Shown: positions 52,497 to 63,868 of the stretch, piece by piece
Layout: every line of letters begins with the position of its first letter
Position numbering within the stretch: the stretch's first letter is position 1
Source of the DNA: Lingula anatina
Taxonomy: Eukaryota > Animalia > Brachiopoda
Length of the DNA stretch: 64,000 nt
Direction: 5' to 3'
NCBI GenBank assembly: GCA_051362555.1
Contig: JBPQGU010000016.1
Coordinates: 2,976,001 to 3,040,000, forward strand
Notes under the pieces: generated by a model
Told to the model about the DNA's origin: nothing
What the model saw: only the letters and a program-made list of their open reading frames with translations
Database searches by the model: none
Program-made: the position numbers and the translations under genes

Positions 52497-52979
52497 AATG
52501 GATTTAAAAAATGAAAAGATAAACAAAATGAAAATTGAATAGAATTTTTTATTTATAAAAATGTTAAAAAAAGAAATAATTTAAAAAAAACAGAATCATA
52601 AATTTATTTTTTAAATAAAAATATTCATGGATATAAAGTATATGCAAAAGCTTTTTTATATGATGATTTAAAAAGAGTAAAGGTTTTTAAAGATAGTTAT
52701 TTTCCAAAAGAATTATATTTAGATGATAAATATGAAGAATTATTAATTAAGGCAAAAAATCATAATGAATGACCAGATTGAATTTTAAAAAATTTATCAA
52801 GAAAAAAAGAAAGATTTACAAACTTATTGAAAAATAACATTATTGTTTTAGAAAATAATAATTATATTTTTAAACAGGATTATATTTTTGATAAACCAAT
52901 AATTGCAACAAATATTTTTTTTGGTTATACAACATATTGAAATGTAAATTTTAAATTAAATTGAAAATTAAAAATGTAA
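52497..52979 (+). pseudogene. Silent variant copy of DUF4357 domain B (mirrors 50698-51179)
   Basis: Collinear DNA similarity; in-frame TAA at ~52599; divergent internal segments. Confidence 0.8.
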
Positions 52980-53247
52980 ATATTGTAATTAATTTTTTAA
53001 ATTATATTTATTTTTTTATTTTTTTAAAATTTTTATTATATGTAAATTAAAAAAATTATTAAAATTAATTTATATTAATATTTTTTTATGAATAAAATAA
53101 AATTATAAACAAAATTATTAAGATTAGAACTTAAATATTGAATTTTATATAAAAATAATAATTATTATGAAAAAGATTTATTAATTAAATTAATAAATAA
53201 TTTATATTTAAGTTATATAAAAAAAATAAAAATATTATTTTATAAAT

Positions 53248-55305
53248 ATGGAAATACAAATTAATAAATATAAATCTTTTGAAGATACAAAATTTAAATT
53301 AAATTTAAAAAATAATAATATTAATTTTATTCTTGGAGAAAATAATTCAGGTAAATCAAATTTAATAGAATTTATTAATGAATTATTTGATTATGAAAAT
53401 AATTTATTTTCTTTAATATTAAATAATATTCAAAAAATAAATTTATTAAATAATGATATTTTAGAAGAAAATAAGGAACAAAACCAAGAAAAAGTAAAGA
53501 AAATATTTAGTGTTTCAATTTATAAAAGTGATATACAAGATATATTGGAATTAGATTTTATAAAACAATATGATAAAGATTTTTTAATTTTTAAAATTGA
53601 TATTTTAGGTAATAGTTTAAAATTTTATAAAGAAGAAAATTTAATAATTGATAAAGATGATTATAATTATTATAATTCTTTGTTTAATATTCTTTTTTTT
53701 TCAAAATGTTTTATTATTGAAAAATTTATTGATAATTTTTTTGAAAATAAAGATATTAATAATATTATTTTAAGATATGGATTAGACTTAGATACATTTA
53801 AAAATTCTATTAAAGAATTTATAAATAAAGAGCTAATTCAAAATAAAGATGATCAAATAAAATTATTAGAATTTATAAAAATAATAAATTCAATAAAATC
53901 AAAATGTTATAATTTATTTTTTGGTAATGAAAGGTATTTTGAAAAAATTTTAATCATTATTAAATCAGAAATATTAGAAAAACTAAAAATTATCATTATA
54001 AAATTATTAGAAAAATTATCATTAATTAAAAGTTTTTCTTTTAAAAAATATTTTGATAAATATAAAGATTTTTTAAATAGTCAAAAAATGAAAATCGATT
54101 TTATTTTGCAAAATAAAGATTTTACAAATGATTTTTGAAAAAATATTTTTAATATTGAAGTCAATGAATTAGAAACATTATTATATAAAGATAATACAAG
54201 TGCAGAGTTTGAAAATTTAAAAAAAAGAATCAACAAAAAATTTAAACCATGTAATTTTGTTTTTTTTGAATTAATTTTAGAAATTAATGATAATAAAGAA
54301 TTAAAGTTTTTGATTAATGAAAAAATATCTAAAGAAAAAAATTATAAAAATGAAATTAATAAAAATGAACATTATTCTGATTTTTCACACTTGAGTACCG
54401 GAACTCTTGAATTAAATAAAATATTAAAAACTTTATTAATTTTAAAAAATTTAGTTAAAAATGAAGAAAAAAATAAATATTTATTTTTATTAGATGAGCC
54501 AACAAATTCATTGAGTCATTCTTCTATTACTTTTTTAAAAAAAGAAATAGAAAATATAGTTAATCAAAATAAAAATTTTTATTTTTTTATTATTTCACAT
54601 AGAACATCAATTATGGATGAAAACACTTTTCAAAATTTATATTTTTTACAAAAAAAATATGATGCAAAGAAAAAAAAGATTTTAACAGAAATACAAAACA
54701 ATGTTATTAATTTTCAAAGTTATGGTGAAAAAACAGATTCAAAAGAAAAAGAAACAAATTGGTGACTTTATCCTATCTTTATTAAACTTGGTATTAATAA
54801 AGAATTTACAATGAAATTTTTAGATAATAAAATTATTTTTGTTGAAGGATATCATGATATGCTTTTATTTAATTTATTTAAAAAGCTAGATAAAAAATAT
54901 AAAAAATTAACTTTTATTCCATTAAATGGAGCATCTAAAAAACCTTTAAAAATTGATTTATTAAGTTCTTTAAATGGTAAACTTCCAACCTTTATATTTG
55001 ATAATGATCAAGCAGGAAGAATTGGTAAAGAACAAATTTTAAAACATTTTGAAGAACGAATAGAAGTAGATTTAATTGAAGAAAATATTTTTTTATTAGA
55101 AAGAAATAATAGTACATCAGATTTTGAAATTTTTGATTTATTTGTAAATGAAACTTTTGATGGAAAAGAAATTAATAAAAAAAACTTAAAAAATGATTTT
55201 TCTCTTTTTCATAAATATTTAAAATATTTAAAAGAAAATTTTGAAACTTTAAGTGAAGAAACAAAAGAAAATTTTAGAATTAATTTAGAAAAATTAATTA
55301 AATAA
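53248..55305 (+). CDS. OLD-family (GajA-like) ABC-ATPase-TOPRIM nuclease
   Basis: GENNSGKS, LSTG, LLDEP, ISH, then IIFVEGYHD...FIFDNDQAG; single frame, 685 aa. Confidence 0.88.
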
Positions 55306-55477
55306 AGCAAATAATATAAACTTTTAAATAATATTTTAAAAATGGTTTTAAATTTATGTTCTTTATTCTTATTAAAAATTAAATAAATAAAATTATAAAT
55401 ATTTTTTTTATTTTTTTAAAATTTATGCCATATAATGTAAAAAATTGTTAAAATGTAGTTATATTAATAAAAATTTA

Positions 55478-56950
55478 ATGGAAAAAACAAGATCAGAAAA
55501 AATATCATTAAGACCACAACTTAAATATTGAATTACATATAAAAATGAAAATTATGATGTAAAAGATGTATTAGCTGAATTAATTGATAATTCATATTCT
55601 AGTTATATAAAAAATAAAAAAATACTTTTTGAAAATAATCCAAATTATAAATTAAAAATTTCAATTTATTTAGATCCAAATTTAAGTGAACTTATGGTTA
55701 TAGATAATGCATTTGGTATGAATTTTGAAGAATTAAAAAATGGTATCAAATTACAAAGTAAACAAGATTTAAATAAAAATATTTCATTAAATGAACATGG
55801 ATTAGGTTTAAAAAAAGCTTCAATTTGAATTGCAGATAAATTTAAAGTTGAAACTAAAAAATTTAATTCTAAATCTAAAAATGTAATTGAAGTTGATAGT
55901 AAAAATTTAAAAAATAATATTGATGAATATGTTATTGATGAATTTGAATATGATAGAAATATTAATGATTCATTTACAAGAATTACATTAATGAATGTAA
56001 ATAAAACTATATTTAAAATATTTGATTTTAAAAGTTGTAAAAAATTGATTCATGGTATTAAAGATGTTTATAGAAAAATTTTAAAAAAAGAAAAAATTGA
56101 ATTAAGATTTGCAAAAAAACAATATGATCGTAATGGTTATTTAGAATATGTTAATTTATTAAATAAAAATAATTGTAATGCAAAATTAGATTTAATTACA
56201 CCTATTAAAATGGATGAAGAGTTAAAATATGCATTTAATATAGATGAAGAAAAACTTTATAAATGAAATTTTAATAAAGAATTTGAAGTTTTAAATGATT
56301 CTAACAAACAAGAAAAATTTAATATTAATGGAACTATTGGTATATTAGAAGAAACAGTTACTAATTTTAAAAATAAAATATTTATACCTGGTTTTCATTT
56401 TTTTAGAAATGATAGAAAGATTTCATATTTTTTAAATAAAAATGTTTTTAAAAAAACAAATAAAAGTATTGAAAGAATATATTGTGAAATTAATATTTCA
56501 GATAATTTTGAAACTATTACAACAAAGAATAGAATTAAATGAATTGGTGATTTAAAAGAACAATTTATAAAATATATTAATGATTTTTGTATTTCAAATA
56601 ATATTTTTAATTTTTGTAGTTCTTTAAATATTAAAAATAAAGAAGAAGAAAAAAATAAAAATCAAACAAAGAAAATAAATGAATTTTCTAAAAAAATACA
56701 AGAAATTAAAATTAATGAATATAAAGATTTTAAAGTTAAAGTAAATGATTTTGATTTAAATAGTAAACCAATAGAAATTGATAATATAAATAAAGAAATT
56801 AAAATTGCAACAAAAAATGAAATTTTCCAAAATTATAAAAATACAAAAGATTTAAATTTATTAATAGAATTTCTTTTTAAGATAATTAAAAAAATTAAAA
56901 AAACCAATGATAAAAAATTTTTAAATAAATTTTTAGAAATAATTAAATAA
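55478..56950 (+). CDS. GHKL (MORC/MutL-like) ATPase, copy 2
   Basis: Paralog of 46684-48156 with the same length (1473 bp); LAELIDNS, DNAFGM, LNEHGLGLKKA. Confidence 0.88.
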
Positions 56951-56982
56951 ATATTAAATAAAATTATTTATAATTCTTTGCT

Positions 56983-58476
56983 ATGAATAATAATTTTTTA
57001 AATAATACATTTATATTTAAAGGTTTTAATAGTCAAAAAAATGATTATTTTTATGCAATAGGTAAATTAAGAAAAGATTTTAAATTTTTAATTTTAAAAA
57101 ATAGTTGAACAGGATTTAAAAATTATGAAAATATTGATGAAAATGATATAAAGTTTAAATTATTAAATCAATTTTTAAATAATAATTTAATAATTAAAGA
57201 TTTTAATAATAATAGATATTTGTTTAAAGAAGATGTTTTATTAAATACATGTTCTTTAGCAGCAAAATTTATTTTTGGTGATTCAAGTTATAAATTAAAT
57301 GGTTTTAAAAGATGAAAAGATAAAGAAACAGATATTTATTTAAGTTTTTTTGTTAAAAAAAGTATAAAAGAAAATATTAAACAAGATACAAATAATTTTT
57401 CAAATAAAAATATTAAAAAACCTAAAAAAACATTTTCTAAAAAAACATTTTTTAATAATTATTTTTTTATAAAAGAAAAAGAATTGAATATTAAATTAAA
57501 GTTTTTTTATAAAGATTTAAGTTATTTTTTACCATTATCTAAAGAATATGAATATAAATGTTTTAATATTTTAAGAAATTCAAAATCAAAAAATATTAAA
57601 AGAAAAATTAGAAATATACTTTTAAAAAGTAATATAAAACTAGTTATTTCTATTTGTAAAAAATTTTCTACTAATAATATTACATTTGAAGATTTAAAAA
57701 AAGATGGTGAGTTAGGTTTACTTAAATCTATTGATAAATTTGATTATAAAAGAGGTTTTAGATTTTCTACATTTGCAACTTGATGAATAAGACAAGCAGT
57801 TACAAGATCAATTGCAGATAAAGATAGAATTATAAGAATTCCAGTTCATATGTTGGAATCATATAGAAAATTATTTGCAATTAAAAAAAGATTGATAAAA
57901 GAAAATAATGAAAAACCAGAATATAAAGAAATTCAAAAATTAATGGGCAATAATTTTTCTATTGAAAAAATTAGAAAAATTGAAAAACAGAGTCCATTAA
58001 ATGAAATTATTGTAAATAATATTGAATTTGATAAATATTGTATTATTAACAAACATATTAGTATAGATAAACACATTAATAAAATAAATTTTTTTAATGT
58101 ATTTGAAAAAATGATTAAACAATTCTTAACAATTAAAGAACAAAAAATAATTAGATTTAGATTAGGTAAACCGCCAGTTACAATAAATGATTTATTAGAA
58201 CTTGTTGAAAATTCAAGATCAATTAAAAGATTAAGACTTTCAAAAGAATGAAATGAAATTAAAACATCAGATAAATTAACTGATGTTATTTTAACATTAG
58301 ATAAAAAAGACCCTTTGTTTAAAGAAATTAGTAAATATGAATTTAAACCATTAACATTAGATAAAACATCTAAAAAATTAAGATTAAAAAGAGAACGTGT
58401 TAGACAAATAGAAACAAAGGCATATAAAAAACTTAAAAATCATAGAAAATGACTTTATGATTTTGTTTTTGATTAA
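56983..58476 (+). CDS. DUF4357-sigma70 (RpoD-like) fusion protein
   Basis: N-terminal ~110 aa near-identical to DUF4357 domain A of 50379; then [50 protein letters not shown], region 4 LTL...RERVRQIETKA. Confidence 0.85.
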
Positions 58477-58522
58477 AAAAAATGTTTTATTATTTTTTTA
58501 GGAATATAAAATATGATTAATT

Positions 58523-59290
58523 ATGAATTGATTTAAAATAAAATGTTGAATAGCTGAAAAGATTATATTTATATTTTTATTTTTTATATTTTTACTTTTA
58601 GTGATTTTGATATTTTTTTATATTTATGATGTTTTTAAATTGAAATATTTATGAATTTCTTTAATTGGAATAACTCCAACTTTAATTTTGGTTTTTTATA
58701 GTATTAAAATAGATTTATTTAAGAATAATTTTTATTTTTGATGATCTGAAAATAAAAATAATATTTTTATAGCAAAATTTGATTTAAGTAAATTAATGAA
58801 ATTAAGAATTAATGAAATGAAAATTCAAAATATTGATTTAATTAAAAACAATCAATATGATAATTATAAACATATAAAAATATATAAATGATTAGACAAA
58901 ACAAGTTTTCTAATTTTAGAAACAAAAAATGAAGAACAATGTATACCATTTGAAATAATTTTAGAATTAAATAAAGATATTGTTTTTTTAAATGAAAAAA
59001 ATTGAACATTAAACAAAAGAGATGACTTAAATATATTTATTCAAAAAAATCAAAGAAAAAGAACTAAATGTTTATGTCATTTTTTGAAATATGGTTTTAA
59101 ACACAGTGTAACATGAATTATCAACAAAAATCAATATCAATATAAGAATTTATATTTTTATTTAGAATGAAATTTTTCATCTAAAAAATGAGAAATATCT
59201 TTTTATGGTTTTAAAAAAAAGATAGCTCTTTTTAATTTATTAAAAGAAAGAGGTAAAAAAATAACAATAACAAATTTTAAAAAAGGATAA
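58523..59290 (+). CDS. 2-TM membrane hypothetical protein (255 aa)
   Basis: Open frame through TGA; two N-terminal hydrophobic segments. Confidence 0.6.
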
Positions 59291-59294
59291 TAAT

Positions 59295-59579
59295 ATGTTA
59301 GATAAAAAAGATAAAGTATTAAAACAAGAAACAAAAAAAGAGGAAGTTAAAACTGAAATAAAATCAGAAGAACCAAAAAAAAATAATAATAAAAAAGATA
59401 AATTGTGTTCTTGATGTTTAAACAAAACAGAATATACAACACACGTACTTTATATGCGTGAACTTTGTAAAAAATGTGCAAAAAAATATAAAAAAATAGA
59501 AATATCATTTTTTTTATTTTGTTTTATTATATTATTCGGTACTATTATTTTTATTATAATAAGTGCTACTAATAAATAA
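59295..59579 (+). CDS. Small Zn-finger/TM protein with rplL-like N-terminus
   Basis: AAAGGA RBS; MLDKKDKVLKQETKKEEVKTEIKSEE...CSWC...CKKC...C-terminal TM. Confidence 0.65.
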
Positions 59580-59707
59580 AATATTATTTAAATTTAACTT
59601 AACAAATTTAAAAAATTAAAATATTTTCATTTTTAAATTGATTAAAAAATATTAAATTTAAAATAAAAAAAGCTAAAATAATTTTTAAAAAAAATAAAAA
59701 AAATAAA

Positions 59708-60895
59708 ATGGTTATTTATAAGACTAAAAAATTTGTAAAAAAAAGATTACCAAAAGGAGAATCAGTTAGTTCATATCCTGCTATGTTTCCACCTGAAATT
59801 CCAAGATGTTTTATAAAAACAATTACTAAAAAAAATGAACTTATTGCTGATCCATTTTTTGGTAGAGGAACAACTTTATTAGAAGCTGCAAAATTAAATA
59901 GAGATTTTGTTGGTTGTGATTTAAATGAATATGCATTTGTTTTATCAAAATTTAAATCTGAAAATACAAATTTTAAGTGATTTGAAAAAAAATTTAAAGA
60001 TTTTTGAAATAAATTTGATAAAAATAAACTTTACAATATTAAAAATAAAACATTTTTTTATACTTATTTTAATAAAAGAACATTTAATGAAATTTTATTT
60101 ATTAAAAATAATATTAATAAACATTTAAATAAAAAATTTCAAATAGCATTAAAATCAATTGTTTTAAGTATTCTACATGGTCCAGAAAAAAAAGATAAGA
60201 AAAGCTCTTATTTATCTATTTCAATGAGTAATTCTTATTTTATGACTCCAAATTATGTAAAAAGATATAAAAAAGAAAAAAAACTAATTAATAAATATAG
60301 AAATACTTATTTATTAGTTTTACAAGCTGCAAAAAAAATTTATAGTAGTAAATTTAATATAAAAACAAATATTAAAATAAAAAAAGAAGATGCTTTAAAA
60401 ATTTCATTTAAAAAAGTTAAATTATTAATAACATCACCTCCATATACAAATATAATTAAATATAAAAAATTTAATCTTTTAAAAAATTGATTTTTAGGTG
60501 AAAGTATAAAAGATATAAAAAAAGATAAAACATTAAATGATTATTTAAATTGAGACAATTATTTAATTTTTTTAAATAAATTTTTAATTAATGCTGAAAA
60601 AACAATTGTAAAAAATGGTTATATAGTTTTAATTATTGGAAAAATTAACACTTCAAAAACAATAAAAAGTGTTTTTGATAATATTGATATATTACTTAAA
60701 AATACAAAATTAAAACAAACTCATTTGTTTATTGATAATATAGATGAAAATCAAAAAACTTCAAGATCTTTAGGTAAAAGAATTGGTAAAAAAACAAATG
60801 CTGAAGAGTTTATAGTTTTAACTAATAAAGAAAATGATATAGTTTATGAATCATTAGATTTTAAAGATATTATTGATTATAAAATTGAAATTTAA
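59708..60895 (+). CDS. Amino-DNA methyltransferase (alpha-type motif order, SPPY; probably N4-cytosine)
   Basis: SYPAMFPP, ADPFFGRGTT (motif I) before LITSPPY (motif IV); 395 aa. Confidence 0.85.
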
Positions 60896-62778
60896 TTTTT
60901 TTTGTATAATTGTGCTAAAAAAGATTGTAAGTTTGAAATTTTATTTATTATTTCTTCTATTGTTTTTATGTTTTGTTTTACATCTTTACTATTTTTATAA
61001 TCAATCAAATAATTTGTGTGAATTATTTGATTTAAAAAATTTTTTATAGCATTACTGTCATTAAAATTTAAAGTATTTATATCTTCATTATTTTTATAAG
61101 AATATTTATCTGGAAATTTTTTTGGAAAAATTTGAATATATTTTTTTCTTTTTTTAAAAATATTTTCATTTAATGAATATAATATTTTTTTAGAATTAAT
61201 TTTTTCATATTTATTTTCTTTTATGTTTTCTTTATTTGTTTTTAATTCTATATATTTATTATTTTTTTTATTAATTCAAATAGATAAATTGGGATCTTTT
61301 TCTAAAATACAATATGCAATAATTTCATGATATAAATTTCTTAAAATTATTGCAATTATAAAAAAGTCTTCTTCTTCTGTTTTTTTACTTAATTGTTTTA
61401 ATTTATAACTTAAAATGTTTGTTAATTTAATGGCTCATTTACTTAACTTTGTTTCTTCAAAATTGATACCTAATGAAAATTTATCCATTTTATTTAATGA
61501 GTTTTGAAATAAGGTTATTTTTTCTTTATCATTAAGATCTAATTGAGAATTTTTAATATCTGTTTTTGTCATTTGTAATAAATCAGTTAATGATAAATTT
61601 TTATAATCAGTATTTTCAATAATTTCTTTTTTTAATTCAAAAAACTCTAAAATTTTACTTTTTGCTTCAAAAGTTGGTTTTGTTTTTCTTGTTGAAATAC
61701 ATCTTTGTCCTTTTATATCATTATGATTTTTTACTAAATCTATTATTAATATTGATAATTTTTTAAATAATTTTGTTTTATAAAATTCTTCTGATTTTGT
61801 GTTTCTTTCTTTTCATTTAATACCTTTTTTTTCAAAGAAGTTACTTAAATTTGTTTCTTCATTAAATGGTTCTAATATCATAGAACGTACAATGAACTGT
61901 GTTAATAAATTTGAAATTGCATATTGGTCAATAAATGTTAAGATTTCATTATCATTTAATTGATCATCTTTTTTTGATAATTTTATTAAATTAATTACTC
62001 AATTTGCATTTTTTAAATCATCTTTTATTTGTTTTATACTTCTAGAAAGTGATTTTGCTAATTCTTTGATATCTTTATTTTTGTTTTTTTGTTTTCATTT
62101 ATATAAATAAAAAAAATATCTACCTCTAGGTCATGGTTTCTTTCCAACATTTTCACCATATGAATGTTTTTTATAAATTGCTCTTTTTAATTCAATTGGA
62201 TCATTAACAATTGTTATGTCAATTTTTTTTGGTAATTTTGTTTTACAACCTTCTTTTTTATTTTTTAAATGTTTTATTTTTTCTGTTATTTTTTCAAAAT
62301 TTGATTTAATATCTTGTTTATTAAAATTATCATTTTTTTCATAACTTTCTTCACCTTTAGGTTCAATTATTTGTTTTCAACATTTTAAAAATGTTACTTT
62401 ATTATTTTTTTGACAAATTTTTAATATTGCAACCCTTCTATTACCTTCTGCTACAATATATTTTGATTCTTTAGTTATTGGGTTTATTTTTTCAACAACC
62501 AAAATATTATCATTTATTGAGGGTAATCAACCATCTTCATCAAAACTTGTTAATAGATCTAATAAATCATTTAATTTTCTTTCATGTATAAAAAGTTCAT
62601 TTATGATATCTTGTTCTTTTTGCAAATTATAATTTTTATTTTTTTCAATTATATGATCAATAAATCTTTTTGTATCAAATTCAATATCATATGAAAACCT
62701 TAAATTAGCTTCAGATAATTCTAATTTGTCTAAATCAATATCTTTTTCATTTATAAAAGTTTTTTTATTATTGTTCAT
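60892..62778 (-). CDS. ParB/Srx-like N-terminal domain plus HEPN-like C-terminal domain (628 aa)
   Basis: IDLDKLELSEANLRF...YIVAEGNRRVAIL; C-terminal IILRNLYHEII...FLNQIIH. Confidence 0.65.
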
Positions 62779-62996
62779 AATAATAGCTTAATTTATTTTT
62801 TTAAAAAATAAAAGCTATTTTTTTAAAAAATAAAAAAATTAAAAATAATTTTTAAAATTATTTATATTATTATGTAAATAAAAATTATTCTATTTATTAA
62901 TTATTTTTAAAAAAATAAAATTAAATGATTTTAATTCTTAAAAAAAACAATAAAATATCTTTATATACTAATTTTTAAAGAGGAGTGAGTAAAAAA

Positions 62997-63308
62997 ATGT
63001 CATTATTAAATATTAATAAAACTTTAAGTGAAGTAGACAAAGTAGATTTAAATAATTTAGATAGTAAGGTAACAAATACAATTATTATTGTTTTAGTTGT
63101 TGTTGTTATTTTGTGGATTATATCTTTGAAACTTTCATGAGATGGAGGTAGAGATTTTTATAAAAATGGTTCAGTTTGAAAAATTATACTTGGATTTTTC
63201 TTATCTGGTGGATTATTTGGATTACTTTTGGCTTTTTTATCTTACAAAAAAGCAGAAAGAAAAGCAAGAATTAAAAAAGAAAAAGAATTAGAAGAAAAAA
63301 TTAAATAA
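62997..63308 (+). CDS. Small 2-TM membrane protein; paralog of 38932-39297
   Basis: AGAGGAG RBS; LSWDGGR...VWKIILGFFLSGGLFGLLL. Confidence 0.7.
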
Positions 63309-63346
63309 AAAAGAAAAAAAATTAAATTGAAGAGAATAAAAATTAT

Positions 63347-63868
63347 TTAATTCAAATTTATTTTACTTAGTTGTTCTTTTAAGGTTTTTATTTGTTCTTC
63401 TTTATTTTGAATTCATTTATAATTTCTGGAAATAAAGTCTTTTAATTTTATTTCTTTTATATTTTGTATTTGATTAATTATATTTTTGATATTAAATTTT
63501 TGTATTACATTTGTAATTGCTTTTAAATTTTGAATTTTTATATTTTTAATTTTAAAAATATTTTTAAAATCTATTCTTGTTTTTGTATGTGGAAATTTTT
63601 CAAAATGTGTAATACTTGGATCAATTAAAATAGTTTGTTTTTCTTTACATAGAGAAATGTTTGTTGTTAAATATGTTGGTTTATTAATTAATTTTTCTTT
63701 TTTTTCATTGAAATGATTACAAAAACCAATATAAAAATAATTTTTATCTTTATGTAATACACAACAATAATGTAATGTATGATCTTTTTTAGTTTTTGGA
63801 TCAATGACATAAAAAGAAAATAGTCCAATAAAACTTCCAATTTTTATTTTTTTATTTATTCTCATCAA
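63347..63868 (-). CDS. Hypothetical protein, possibly PemK/MazF-like toxin
   Basis: HYCCVLHKDKNYFYIGFCNH...TRIDFKNIFKI; start overlaps the stop of the upstream Panacea-like gene. Confidence 0.55.

Noticed and set aside
53248-55305. Calling the OLD nuclease a Gabija system
   Set aside because: No adjacent UvrD-like GajB gene
46684-56950. Calling the GHKL ATPases mutL, gyrB/parE or histidine kinases
   Set aside because: They lack MutL GFRGEAL, topoisomerase TOPRIM and kinase H-box/TM features; the Z1 context supports the MORC-like restriction-associated class
33794-60128. Track ORFs 33794, 39453, 42520, 44108, 45569, 45788, 59240 and 59925
   Set aside because: Shadow or alternate-frame ORFs overlapping better-supported genes
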